Numbered from the stretch's first letter, positions 44,919 to 53,984 are shown. The stretch: 64,000 nt of DNA from Escherichia coli (GCF_016026235.1 NZ_CP065613.1); one strand, 5' to 3'. Numbers and translations: made by a program. Notes: generated by a model from the sequence alone, not told the origin.

Positions 44919-45977
44919 TTATGCTTTCCACTTCAGAACACCCGAATTTCTCGCGTGCATTAAAAAACGAATCAGCAACAACAACTGACTACCGTGTTTT
45001 TCTTCAAAATCTTTTACCCCGGCGTGTAGTTCGTTATGGCATTTACGACACAGCGGAATAACAAACAAATCGTCAGCCTTTGTTCCCATCCCTCCCAGTC
45101 CATGACCAATGATGTGGTGCGGATCATCTGCCTGATTGCCACACGTCATGCATTTCTGCGTTTTTACCCAGCGCGTGTATACAGGCATCTCTTCCCGTTG
45201 TGGTTTCTGGCGCTGGAGATACTGAGCCGGAGATTCCGGATCAACGGCAATGCTGACCACCGTCTCTTCCTGTGGTGGATTCTGTTGCTGGTGGGCGTGA
45301 GGCAGCGGCGCAAGATTTTTTGTGCGCTGCTTCAGTATGCTGGTGGCGGTCTGCTCTCCCGGCACGATGTCGCTTTCACGGTACATTGAGCGGATTTTTT
45401 CCGCACGCAACCCCAGCGAACGACGTAATACCGCTTCCGGTAGCGCGTCCGCCACCTGATTGCGGACCGCCCACCAGGATAATTCAGCCAGAGATAATTC
45501 ACGCTCCTGCGTACCGCTTATTGCGTGACCGATGACGTCAATCATCCATGCTGACAGGTTTTGATGAGCAAGTTGCTCGAGTGATTCGGATGTCTGGTCA
45601 CGCAACTGGTTGTCGCAGTGCCAGCACAACACCATTGCGCCGGTACCATAACGGTGAATGACGGTTTCGCTGTGATGATAATCGCCGTGTGGCCACTGGC
45701 AGGATTTAATATGACGCAACAGCCAGTCAGACAATGCACCAGCACCACCAGCAGCACGAATCACCCGTGCGTTACTGAAAAACGGCAGCAATGTTTTGTC
45801 TTCCACTAGCGGCTGGCGAACGGCAGGAACGACCCCGGACGGCAGATTACGCATGCTTTTCGGTTCCGGCTCCACCAGTACCCGGGTATTGTGGAATACC
45901 GGCATGGATTCACGGCCTGGCTTAAGGACCACCAGCCCGAGTTCCGGAACCAGAACAGGTCGAAGTAATACCCGCAC
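44919..45977 (-). CDS. DUF968-family prophage protein
   Basis: 352 aa with C-terminal Cys/His cluster (CMTCGNQADDPHHIIGHGLGG...CRKCHNELH). Confidence 0.6.
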   Translation of the reverse strand: MRVLLRPVLVPELGLVVLKPGRESMPVFHNTRVLVEPEPKSMRNLPSGVVPAVRQPLVEDKTLLPFFSNARVIRAAGGAGALSDWLLRHIKSCQWPHGDYHHSETVIHRYGTGAMVLCWHCDNQLRDQTSESLEQLAHQNLSAWMIDVIGHAISGTQERELSLAELSWWAVRNQVADALPEAVLRRSLGLRAEKIRSMYRESDIVPGEQTATSILKQRTKNLAPLPHAHQQQNPPQEETVVSIAVDPESPAQYLQRQKPQREEMPVYTRWVKTQKCMTCGNQADDPHHIIGHGLGGMGTKADDLFVIPLCRKCHNELHAGVKDFEEKHGSQLLLLIRFLMHARNSGVLKWKA

Positions 45978-45978
45978 A

Positions 45979-46257
45979 TTACCTCCAGATCCGTTGCTGG
46001 AATGTGCAGGACGGACGCGGTGGCCGTTCGGAATAAGGGAGCCTGACGAAGATTATCCAGTGACGATAATCGAGACTGAGGGCTTTCTTAATCTCGTATC
46101 CGTGTCTGCGGTAGCGCTGAATCAGCCATTCAGCCTGTTCTTCGGTGCAGGGGTCGTGCTGATACCAGTCAGATTTGAATGCATGAGAACGCCGCCCGTG
46201 CCTGCTGGCAGGGGCGGCAGAGTTATCCGAATTGTAAAATTTGGTATCGTGCGCCAT
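45979..46257 (-). CDS. hypothetical phage protein
   Basis: 92 aa from ATG 46257; longer upstream frame crosses a terminator hairpin. Confidence 0.45.
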   Translation of the reverse strand: MAHDTKFYNSDNSAAPASRHGRRSHAFKSDWYQHDPCTEEQAEWLIQRYRRHGYEIKKALSLDYRHWIIFVRLPYSERPPRPSCTFQQRIWR

Positions 46258-46324
46258 CTGTTTTCTCTGCTGGCGCAGCAGGTGCCAGTTGTTCAGGCTG
46301 ACGGATGGATTGTAAACCAGAACG

Positions 46325-46356
46325 ACCAGAAAAAACAAAACCCGCCGAAGCGGGTT
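46325..46356 (-). terminator. Rho-independent terminator after hok locus
   Basis: minus-strand AACCCGC-TTCG-GCGGGTT hairpin followed by T-run. Confidence 0.6.
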
Positions 46357-46424
46357 AAGTGCGGGTGCGTTGAGGATGCCTGACACATCAGCGGTGGCGA
46401 GGGATTTCTCCCCCGCCGGGTCTC

Positions 46425-46580
46425 TTACTCCTCAGGTTCGTAAGCTGTGAAGACAGCGACCTCCGTCTGGCCGGTTCGGATTCGTACCTCGCAGAGGTCT
46501 TTCCTCGTTACCAGTGCCGTCACTATGACGGTTAAACAGATGACGATAAGGGCGATTAACATCGCCTTTTGCTGCTTCAT
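46425..46580 (-). CDS. hokD: Hok/Gef-family type I toxin (HokD-like)
   Basis: 51 aa MKQQKAMLIALIVICLTVIVTALVTRKDLCEVRIRTGQTEVAVFTAYEPEE; overlapping 70-aa mok-like frame 46425..46637. Confidence 0.85.
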   Translation of the reverse strand: MKQQKAMLIALIVICLTVIVTALVTRKDLCEVRIRTGQTEVAVFTAYEPEE

Positions 46581-46839
46581 AGCCTGCTTCTCCTTGCCTT
46601 TCGGCACGTAAGAGGCTAACCTACATGTGTTCAGCATGGATTGAGCCTCAGATTAATGTTAAGCGTCTTGCAGGACGCGTAATGTTAACTGGGGCTTTTC
46701 TCTATCTGCCTTTTGGTGTTCATGCCTGAGACAGATAGCCTCAAGCACCCGCAGTCATTCTACTTAACTAAGATTTCCCTGCAAACCGTTTTTGTCCGGC
46801 ACAGTAAATATCCAACTAAACCAATAGCGTTCGCTGTAT

Positions 46840-47058
46840 TTACCGCCAGTATTCAATGCACATGACCGCCATGAACACCCCTAAAAAAAGGGCATTTATA
46901 TGTCCAAACATTAATATCAAAACATCAATTTTTTCCATATACCTTGCTGTGAAGATGATGGGCATACATGATGCGAACAACCAGAACGCAACAAACAAAA
47001 ACTGCAATGCGTTTTTCATTATTCCCCCTACAATCAATGTGCAATAACATTTAAACAC
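46840..47058 (-). CDS. hypothetical small membrane protein
   Basis: 72-aa ORF with two hydrophobic helices in an AT-rich stretch. Confidence 0.3.
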   Translation of the reverse strand: MFKCYCTLIVGGIMKNALQFLFVAFWLFASCMPIIFTARYMEKIDVLILMFGHINALFLGVFMAVMCIEYWR

Positions 47059-47231
47059 ACCTCAATTTGGCCGGACATATAAATATCTAAACCAGAAAAA
47101 ATCACTTACATAGCGTTACAAACTCTTTAGTCTAAATACTCATCGTAAAACATTCCCCATACTTATCAGTCCGTTCCGCGCCAGGTAGCTTATTGCCTTA
47201 TCTGGCAACCTATAATCAGGTTTCCGCTTTT

Positions 47232-47654
47232 TCAGTTGGCTGGTCGTTTAACCGACATAGTTAACCCATTAATCTGGTTGCCGGATGCTGGTGGATTTTC
47301 GCGTTTTAGTTGTTCATAAAAGTGCACAGCTTTAACCAGTTCTTCTGATGTAACCGGGACTGGTGGGGCAGTGAATAAGGCCTGAATTTCATAGTTCGGC
47401 CTGTCGTTACAATCCTCTTTTTTCGGTACATATTTCCAGTCACCAACCCACAACTCCCCCTGAGAGTCCATAACACCTTTTTTCACGTAGCGATATCGCC
47501 ACGCTATCGGCTCTGCTTCCAGCGATGCCCGTGCAATTTTGAATAACTCGCCCTCTACTCGCGCCATCCCTGAATTGGGGTGGCATTTCGTAATCGCTAT
47601 TTTTAATTTGGCTTCTTCGATTAATTGTTCTTTTGTTAATTCAGTCATTTTCAT
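47232..47654 (-). CDS. hypothetical phage protein
   Basis: 140-aa ORF in nin-equivalent region. Confidence 0.45.
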   Translation of the reverse strand: MKMTELTKEQLIEEAKLKIAITKCHPNSGMARVEGELFKIARASLEAEPIAWRYRYVKKGVMDSQGELWVGDWKYVPKKEDCNDRPNYEIQALFTAPPVPVTSEELVKAVHFYEQLKRENPPASGNQINGLTMSVKRPAN

Positions 47655-47744
47655 TACCGCCCTTTCAGGCGGCCTCCTGATGTTCTGAGGGTGCAGAAAT
47701 CCCTCCGGTTAAGGATTAAATTTTATTTGCTGTGCTAAATTTAA

Positions 47745-48200
47745 TTATTCAGTTTTTATTCCTGCTCTCAAAACAGCCTCTGCCATTCTGATATCCGGAT
47801 TTTCTGAAATCATCTTTTCCGGCGAGTCGCAATCACCACCACATTCAGTTATGCGTTCATGACCAAAACGAATTGTGGTTTTGTGCGCATTAATCATTTG
47901 TGTAAGCGCATCTGTCAATTCTGCAATGCGTTTGTCTTTAACTTCCAGCTCTTTCAGTAAAGCCAGTACGTCAGGATCGCTAACATCAACGACGGTTACG
48001 CGCGATTTCAGGTAATGCTCATCCGCAAAAGTTCGACCAGTTTTAAAATATCCATCATCCCCCTCACCTGTGCAGGCATACACAATATGCGTTCTGGAAA
48101 ATATGCGCTGTATCGACATTTCATCGCCACAAACAGGACATTCCGGCACCTGAATTGGTGAATAACGTTCACGTAATGCCTGGTAATTAGTCTTGCACAC
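47745..48200 (-). CDS. hypothetical phage protein with CxxC zinc-ribbon-like motif
   Basis: 151 aa, CPVC...C motifs, coiled-coil segment. Confidence 0.45.
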   Translation of the reverse strand: MCKTNYQALRERYSPIQVPECPVCGDEMSIQRIFSRTHIVYACTGEGDDGYFKTGRTFADEHYLKSRVTVVDVSDPDVLALLKELEVKDKRIAELTDALTQMINAHKTTIRFGHERITECGGDCDSPEKMISENPDIRMAEAVLRAGIKTE

Positions 48201-48492
48201 TGGCTGTCTCCTGAAAAATCACCGCATGCCCCAGTTTCTCCGCCAGCGCCAGTTCTGCCTTAGCGCCTGCTGACCGCTGCCAGCCTTTCAGCATGTAAAT
48301 CGCATCCACACAACGAATCATCGCCATGCAGATATCCATGTACTGCGGCTGTGTCAGCCCGTCCGGAAGTACTGCCGGGTTTAAGACGGTATGCCCTTCC
48401 CGTTTCAGTTCCTCTTCCGCATTGTGAAACGCCTCACGGTTGAAATTTTTATACCCGGTCATTGGACCGGCGATATAGACTCTCACCCTCAC
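48187..48492 (-). CDS. DUF4406 / nucleoside 2-deoxyribosyltransferase-like protein
   Basis: 101 aa, N-terminal YIAGPM motif typical of the fold. Confidence 0.55.
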   Translation of the reverse strand: MRVRVYIAGPMTGYKNFNREAFHNAEEELKREGHTVLNPAVLPDGLTQPQYMDICMAMIRCVDAIYMLKGWQRSAGAKAELALAEKLGHAVIFQETASVQD

Positions 48493-48911
48493 GCCATCAC
48501 CTCCTGAAAATTACCCTGATAAAACGACAATATGCGCTGCATAACTTCGCTCTTCCGGCACTCGCGACAGATTATGTTTAGGCGACTGTCGTAGCGACGT
48601 ATTTCTCCGTCAGGTAATGACCAGATAAGGTCCGGATCAACCGCAGATGGTTTCTTCAGCTTTGCCCTTGAGAGCTTTTTACGGGCATTTTGCCAGTCCT
48701 TACGCGCCTGTTCAGACGGGAATAACCCGTAACCAGAGTTGTATACATCGCCACTGGCAACCAGCTCTCTGGCCAGAACGCTCATCAGATATCTTGTTGC
48801 CCCAGTTTTAGCTTCCAGTTGTCGTAACGTCTCGCGCCCACTCTGGCGTACGAGTTCAAGAACCTGCCCTTTAATTTTTTCCCGCTCTTCTTGTGTAAAA
48901 ACTTTTGCCAC
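48489..48911 (-). CDS. hypothetical phage protein
   Basis: 140-aa ORF translationally coupled to downstream gene. Confidence 0.45.
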   Translation of the reverse strand: MAKVFTQEEREKIKGQVLELVRQSGRETLRQLEAKTGATRYLMSVLARELVASGDVYNSGYGLFPSEQARKDWQNARKKLSRAKLKKPSAVDPDLIWSLPDGEIRRYDSRLNIICRECRKSEVMQRILSFYQGNFQEVMA

Positions 48912-48951
48912 AAGCCCTCCTGAAAATTACCTCATGACCAGAAATTAACAC

Positions 48952-50115
48952 TTACCCCCTGAAGCCCGGCGGAATTTCGTTATCCGGTTCAGAAATATGA
49001 TTCACACAACGCTGGTTGTTCGTGCCGCTTACCGGGAGCAACCAGGGGTTCTCAAAATTCCGGTCCGGTCCAAAAAACGTCGTCGCTCGCTGAACAAATT
49101 CCGTTCCCGTTTTCCCGGTAGCCGCCAGGTATCTTGCGTAACGCCTCACGCCATCCAGCATGGCCTCTGGTGGCACCCCCTCGCGTAATCTGGCCTTCCA
49201 GGCACTGAAAGCGGATTTCTTCGGGTTTGCCCCGGCACGCAACGGGTACTCCCGCCAGACCTGTTCGAACACATCCGGATAATCCACTCGTCCCACAGAC
49301 TGCCCGGTGTTTTCCGGGACTACCCGATCGGCTTCCCGCTGAATGGCGGAATCGGCTTCAGGCTGCTGCAGTTGGTGTGATTGCTCCGGACTTGCGGTCA
49401 TCACCTGCTGCACAGCGCCCGAATCGGCTTTCAGCGCATACGCTGAATCGGCTTCCGGTGTCGTGCCTGCTGGCTGACCTGGCTCGACGGTCTGAACATC
49501 CCCCGCCTGGTTCGTGGCGATTTTTTCGCCATGAACCATAGTGTTTTTGTCCTGTTCCTGTTCTTTCTCCTGTTCCTGTTCTTGGCTTCGAAGCCCCTTT
49601 AAAGCCCCTTCGAAGCCCCTTACCGTATTTCGGTTGTTATTTCGCCTTACATCCAGATGAAAATCCGTCTTATATCTGTCATAAAACGCTGAAAGAAAAG
49701 CGTTTTCAGGTAATGACGCATATTCACTCCTGACACCTGCACAACGGTTATCGCCAGGCTTTAACTTTCCCCCAACCTGCCAGGCTGCCATTTCATGGAC
49801 CCAGACCATCTCGGAATCATGGTCATAACTGCAAAAACCCACTTCGACAGCCCTTCGAAGCCCCTTCGAAGCCCCTTCCGGACCAAGCCCGGTTTCATGA
49901 GCAAGGTACAAAACCGGCAGGTAATACAGGCCCAGCATGTTTGCGTGAGGGGATGTCATCAGGTAAAAAGCAACCACCTGCGCTTCTGCGCCTGCCTTTC
50001 TGAGTTCTTTCCCCGTTTCTCCCAGCCAGAATCGCGGGGAAACTTTTGCGTAATCACGCATGTCCACCTCATCTGGTGCCGAACCTTCCTCCGGATATAA
50101 TCTGTGATTCCCCAA
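48952..50115 (-). CDS. phage replication initiation protein (O-like), iteron-like repeats inside
   Basis: 387 aa; two clusters of 11-bp-spaced GAAGCCCCTT(C) repeats at 49586..49625 and 49845..49875; position in early right operon. Confidence 0.5.
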   Translation of the reverse strand: MGNHRLYPEEGSAPDEVDMRDYAKVSPRFWLGETGKELRKAGAEAQVVAFYLMTSPHANMLGLYYLPVLYLAHETGLGPEGASKGLRRAVEVGFCSYDHDSEMVWVHEMAAWQVGGKLKPGDNRCAGVRSEYASLPENAFLSAFYDRYKTDFHLDVRRNNNRNTVRGFEGALKGLRSQEQEQEKEQEQDKNTMVHGEKIATNQAGDVQTVEPGQPAGTTPEADSAYALKADSGAVQQVMTASPEQSHQLQQPEADSAIQREADRVVPENTGQSVGRVDYPDVFEQVWREYPLRAGANPKKSAFSAWKARLREGVPPEAMLDGVRRYARYLAATGKTGTEFVQRATTFFGPDRNFENPWLLPVSGTNNQRCVNHISEPDNEIPPGFRG

Positions 50116-50282
50116 TCAACAGAACCAGAGGAGGTTCGACATGTCTTTTTTGAAAAGCCTTTATCGGGCTCATATATTAAAAGTTGCAGCAACAAATCAC
50201 TGGCAAGAAGGAACAGATGAAATGTTGCCGGATTACCGGGCATGGCTGCGCGCCGAAACATACCTTCGTCTCGATATGCTGA

Positions 50283-50792
50283 TTAACGATCTTCAAAAAG
50301 AGGCTCCATCCACTCAAACCCTTCAGGGTGTCGGCGCTGTTCGCGTTCTGGTATCTCGCCATAACGCTCTCTCAGTAACTGAAGTGCGTCAGCTTTCTTT
50401 TGCTGAACTGATTTTCTTGCTTCAGCCAGCTCTGGAATCAGTGAATATCCCATCGGAGGTGTTCCGGTATCCGCCCCACGTGAACCAACAGCTACAAGCT
50501 GCACAAGACAACAGGCATGCTGGATTGACTCCCTGCTCAGAGGCTGAATGGGATCATTCTCTGCTGAAGAGATACCAAGATTTGTATAATCCTCAATAAG
50601 CCGGGCGCACGCTTCAGCATCAGCCAGTTTTTTTCTGGTTTCCTTGCGCTGTTCTCTGACGGACAAACGCCAGAGCAGCGCATTGGCTTTATGCATCAGC
50701 CACTCTGCCAGTTCCACATCAGATAAACCGCCACGCCAGATGTGTGGACTGTTTTCGTAAACGCTCAGTGTCAGTTTTTTGTCATTGGTCAT
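50283..50792 (-). CDS. hypothetical early protein
   Basis: 169 aa from ATG 50792 following ydaT-like gene; overlapping plus-strand ORF 50141..50599 is the alternative. Confidence 0.4.
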   Translation of the reverse strand: MTNDKKLTLSVYENSPHIWRGGLSDVELAEWLMHKANALLWRLSVREQRKETRKKLADAEACARLIEDYTNLGISSAENDPIQPLSRESIQHACCLVQLVAVGSRGADTGTPPMGYSLIPELAEARKSVQQKKADALQLLRERYGEIPEREQRRHPEGFEWMEPLFEDR

Positions 50793-50805
50793 ATTTATTG
50801 CCCCG

Positions 50806-51231
50806 TCAATGCACAGCCAGAGTATTTCCTGCCGGACCACCACGATTCATCTGATCGAACAGAACGATCGCTGATGCAACGAAATCATCGATATCTTTCA
50901 CCAGCTGTTCCTGCGTCTCCAGCAGTTCCCGAAAATAAACTGAACTGTGGCTGCGCATTCGGGCCACCAGCGGAGGCGGCATTGCCTTTTCGATCGCTGG
51001 TAACAACGCCTGAATTTTTTTAACAGCATCAGGGGTGTCTTTCTCTATCCAGCGGAAAATTTTCTGGGTATTGCGAGCCAGGGCTTCCGGATGGCTGTCG
51101 TCGTACAGTTCAGGGAACGTCATCCCCAGTTCGAAATAAGTCCGGGCTATCTCAGCCGCCGGAACTTTCTCACCATCAGGATATGCCCATGCATTCATCG
51201 CCATACGGATGTGCTCATGCTTGATTTTCAT
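50806..51231 (-). CDS. YdaT-like protein (Rac prophage family)
   Basis: 141 aa, N-terminus MKIKHEHI as recalled for YdaT. Confidence 0.6.
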   Translation of the reverse strand: MKIKHEHIRMAMNAWAYPDGEKVPAAEIARTYFELGMTFPELYDDSHPEALARNTQKIFRWIEKDTPDAVKKIQALLPAIEKAMPPPLVARMRSHSSVYFRELLETQEQLVKDIDDFVASAIVLFDQMNRGGPAGNTLAVH

Positions 51232-51491
51232 GAATCACCCCCCGCCGATGGTTGTGTGTTAGCCTGAAACTCAGCAGGCAAGCCGTCAGTTGGGTTGGGG
51301 TAGGTTTTACTGTCAATCTCATGTGGGGTCACCACCCATCCCGTTGCTTCACACCAACGTAATATTTTTTCTCCTGTAAGTTTTGCACGCCCCGTTATAA
51401 CGTGGCTGACCATCCCCTGGGATGCGCCAACAATCTCAGCAAATGAACTCTGGGTTATATGAAAATGATGCAAATATTCTCCAAGATTCAT
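51228..51491 (-). CDS. Cro/YdaS-like HTH regulator
   Basis: 87 aa from ATG 51491, HTH (QSSFAEIVGASQGMVSHV), divergent from repressor. Confidence 0.65.
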   Translation of the reverse strand: MNLGEYLHHFHITQSSFAEIVGASQGMVSHVITGRAKLTGEKILRWCEATGWVVTPHEIDSKTYPNPTDGLPAEFQANTQPSAGGDS

Positions 51492-51527
51492 AATCCGCCC
51501 TATGTGATGTGTTACCAACGCATAATT

Positions 51528-51568
51528 AATAGCACTGTTATTTTTGAAAGTAAATAGCGATGCTATTT
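51528..51568. promoter_or_regulatory. putative operator sites between repressor and cro-like gene
   Basis: perfect palindrome AAATAGCGATGCTATTT at 51552..51568 plus half-site AATAGCACTGTTATT. Confidence 0.55.
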
Positions 51569-51602
51569 CAAAGTGATTAGCAATCTTATTAGAATTGGAT
51601 GT

Positions 51603-52103
51603 ATGAAAAGAAAATCACTGTCAGACACCGACCTCAACGCCGCCAGAAGACTGAAAGAAATCTGGATGGCAAAGAAATCTCAGTTGGGATTGACTCAGGA
51701 ACGTGCGGCGGAAATTATGGGGTTTTCAACACAAGGGGCGGTAAGTCACTACCTAAATGGTCAAACCCCACTAAACCTTGAGGCTGTTCTAAAGTTTGCT
51801 GGCTTACTGAAAGTTCCCCCTGAGTCAATCAGGCCAGACATGGCAGATTTGCTGCAAATTGCAAGGATGTATTGTCGAGAACCACAGCAAGATAACATAG
51901 TCGCATTACCAGCAGACACAGAACAAACAGAGGATGAACTACCGTTTGCCGTAGAGCCGATGGAACGAGATTTAATCCATACGTTCAGAGCTTTTCCGAA
52001 AGAAGATCAAGAACACATGCTTCAGGAGATGAAAGATAAAAAAGAATCAATGGATCGTACGGTTGCGCGGTGGTTAGCTGCACAAAAAGGCCGTCGCGCC
52101 TAA
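51603..52103 (+). CDS. XRE-family HTH repressor (RacR/PaaR2-like)
   Basis: 166 aa from ATG 51603, N-terminal HTH (LTQERAAEIMGFSTQGAVSHYL). Confidence 0.7.
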   Translation: MKRKSLSDTDLNAARRLKEIWMAKKSQLGLTQERAAEIMGFSTQGAVSHYLNGQTPLNLEAVLKFAGLLKVPPESIRPDMADLLQIARMYCREPQQDNIVALPADTEQTEDELPFAVEPMERDLIHTFRAFPKEDQEHMLQEMKDKKESMDRTVARWLAAQKGRRA

Positions 52104-52122
52104 ATCAGAGGAGATATGTAAA

Positions 52123-52317
52123 ATGAGTACAGTCCTTTCCCCAATGGTTTCAGAATTTGAGACAGTTGAGCAAGAAAATAGTTACAACGAATGGCTGCGG
52201 GCCAAAGTAGCAGCAAGCCTCGCGGATCACCGCCCGGCGATTCCGCATGATGAGGTAATGGCGGAAATGGAACAAATTATTGCCCAAATTGCTGCTGCAA
52301 CTCACAGAGGTGAATAA
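52123..52317 (+). CDS. type II antitoxin (PaaA2-like)
   Basis: 64 aa acidic protein immediately upstream of and overlapping ParE-like toxin. Confidence 0.65.
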   Translation: MSTVLSPMVSEFETVEQENSYNEWLRAKVAASLADHRPAIPHDEVMAEMEQIIAQIAAATHRGE

Positions 52318-52607
52318 TGTTACCCGTTTTATGGCTACCATCTGCTCGTGATGATTTGCGCCAGATCGTAGCCTACATAGCTAAAGAAAATCCCGCGGCA
52401 GCACGCAGAATGAAAATTCGAATTGAAACATCCGTTTTGCCGCTCACAGAGCATCCTTACCTGTATCCTCCAAGCGAGCGAGTTCTTGGTCTTCGTGAAA
52501 TTGTAACTCATCCTAACTACATCATCCTTTACCGAGTAACAGCATCAAGCATAGAAGTAGTAAATATTGTGCATTCTCGAAGACAGTATCCAGGCAAAAA
52601 CAGTTAA
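52317..52607 (+). CDS. ParE/RelE-family type II toxin
   Basis: 96 aa, RelE/ParE-like sequence features, 1-bp overlap with antitoxin. Confidence 0.7.
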   Translation: MLPVLWLPSARDDLRQIVAYIAKENPAAARRMKIRIETSVLPLTEHPYLYPPSERVLGLREIVTHPNYIILYRVTASSIEVVNIVHSRRQYPGKNS

Positions 52608-52622
52608 TTATTCCCGCCGACA

Positions 52623-52646
52623 GAACCACCTTAGGGTGGTTTTTTC
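52623..52646 (+). terminator. Rho-independent terminator after toxin gene
   Basis: GAACCACC-TTAG-GGTGGTT followed by TTTTTC. Confidence 0.65.
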
Positions 52647-52659
52647 TTGCTCCAACAAA

Positions 52660-52705
52660 AAACAATAGCGATGCTATTTACATCAAAAAATAATGATGCT
52701 ATTGT
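52660..52705. promoter_or_regulatory. putative OL operators / early-left promoter
   Basis: AATAGCGATGCTATTT palindrome repeated, with second half-site AATAATGATGCTATTG. Confidence 0.5.
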
Positions 52706-52882
52706 TTCAGGCGTCAACCCACCCCGCCCCACAGAATGCAGGGCAATACTTCGAGTTACCAGGTAGTGGTCAGGGGGTAAGTAGCCAGCCCGAGGCGTAA
52801 GAACATGACGGCAGGGTTCAACTTTAACTATGCAGCAGGTTTTTGTTCCGCTCCCCCGGCGTTAAGGGGAAATGAGGTCAAC

Positions 52883-53038
52883 ATGGATACTATCAATCTT
52901 GGCAACAACGAATCTCTGGTGTGCGGCGTGTTTCCCAACCAGGACGGCACGTTCACCGCGATGACGTATACCAAAAGCAAAACGTTTAAAACCGAATCTG
53001 GAGCGCGTCGCTGGCTGGAAAGAAATTCAGGTGGGTGA
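52883..53038 (+). CDS. DUF1391 small protein (YdfA/YdaF-like)
   Basis: 51 aa from ATG 52883; size and position match Qin ydfA. Confidence 0.55.
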   Translation: MDTINLGNNESLVCGVFPNQDGTFTAMTYTKSKTFKTESGARRWLERNSGG

Positions 53039-53039
53039 T

Positions 53040-53168
53040 ATGGATTTCGACACAATCATGGAAAAGGCTTACGAAGAATACTTCGAAGGCCTTGCCGAAG
53101 GCGAAGAAGCTCTCAGCTTCAGTGAGTTTAAACAGGCGCTTTCCAGCCCGGCAAAATCTAACGGCTGA
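53040..53168 (+). CDS. small protein (YdfB-like)
   Basis: 42 aa MDFDTIMEKAYEEYFEGLAEGEE...; below ORF-track cut-off. Confidence 0.45.
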   Translation: MDFDTIMEKAYEEYFEGLAEGEEALSFSEFKQALSSPAKSNG

Positions 53169-53197
53169 TAAGCGAAGCAGCACCGCGAGGAATCAGC

Positions 53198-53416
53198 GTG
53201 CAGAAACGAGAACCCATCATCATCGCGCCAGACTATACCGATGATGAACTTTATGAGTGGATGCGCCAGAAAATTAATGCAGCGCAGGATCTGAAATGGG
53301 CTAATGAAGCCAGGGCTAAGCAGGCTGAAAATCTGTCCGCTCTGGAGCAGGATATCACCAATCTGGAAAAAGCAGCGGCATTAAGCATTGCCAGAATGAT
53401 TACATACCCGCGTTAG
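53198..53416 (+). CDS. small protein (YdfC-like)
   Basis: 72 aa; size and order match Qin ydfC. Confidence 0.5.
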   Translation: MQKREPIIIAPDYTDDELYEWMRQKINAAQDLKWANEARAKQAENLSALEQDITNLEKAAALSIARMITYPR

Positions 53417-53757
53417 TAGCTAATCAACAAAGCTAAGGTTAGTAATTAAGGAGTTCTCCACGGGTGAGGTGGAGTGCGTGCGCCGGACACGGGTGAGCAT
53501 CCGGCACTGACAGTTTACTGAAAGGATATTTCCCTGAAAAGTCAGACCATAACGCGAAAGCGCACGGCGAGGTAGCTGGTTCATAGATAGCCTGTCGTTA
53601 AATTTTCGTCGACCGTGCGCTTCCGGTTGTGGCAATCCGCGAAATGGCGCGGCGGTAAGTATGGCGGGGTTATTCCTTCCCCCGTTGAGGACACCGGGTT
53701 GTCAGGTTGACCATACGCTTAAGTGACAACCCCGCTGCAACGCCCTCTGTTATCAAT

Positions 53758-53815
53758 TTTCTGGTGACGTTTGGCGGTATCAGTTTTACTCCGTGACTGC
53801 TCTGCCGCCCTTTTT
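53758..53815 (+). ncRNA. dicF: DicF-like sRNA
   Basis: TTTCTGGTGACGTTTGGCGGTATCAGTTTTACTCCGTGACTGCTCTGCCGCCCTTTTT matches recalled DicF; lies just upstream of dicB. Confidence 0.6.
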
Positions 53816-53984
53816 AAAGTGAATTTTGTGATGTGGTGAATGCGGCTGAGCGCACGCGGAACAGTTAAAACCGAAAACAGTGTTATGGGTGGATTCTCTG
53901 TATCCGGCGTTAATTGTTAACTGGTTAACGTCACCTGGAAGCACCAGGCACCGCATCACAAAACTCATTGTTGAGGGCGCGATA

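Noticed and set aside
50141-50599. 152-aa plus-strand ORF overlapping the 50283..50792 minus-strand gene
   Set aside because: Opposite to the direction of the early-right operon; the minus-strand frame fits the gene order. Not excluded, since no homology evidence separates the two
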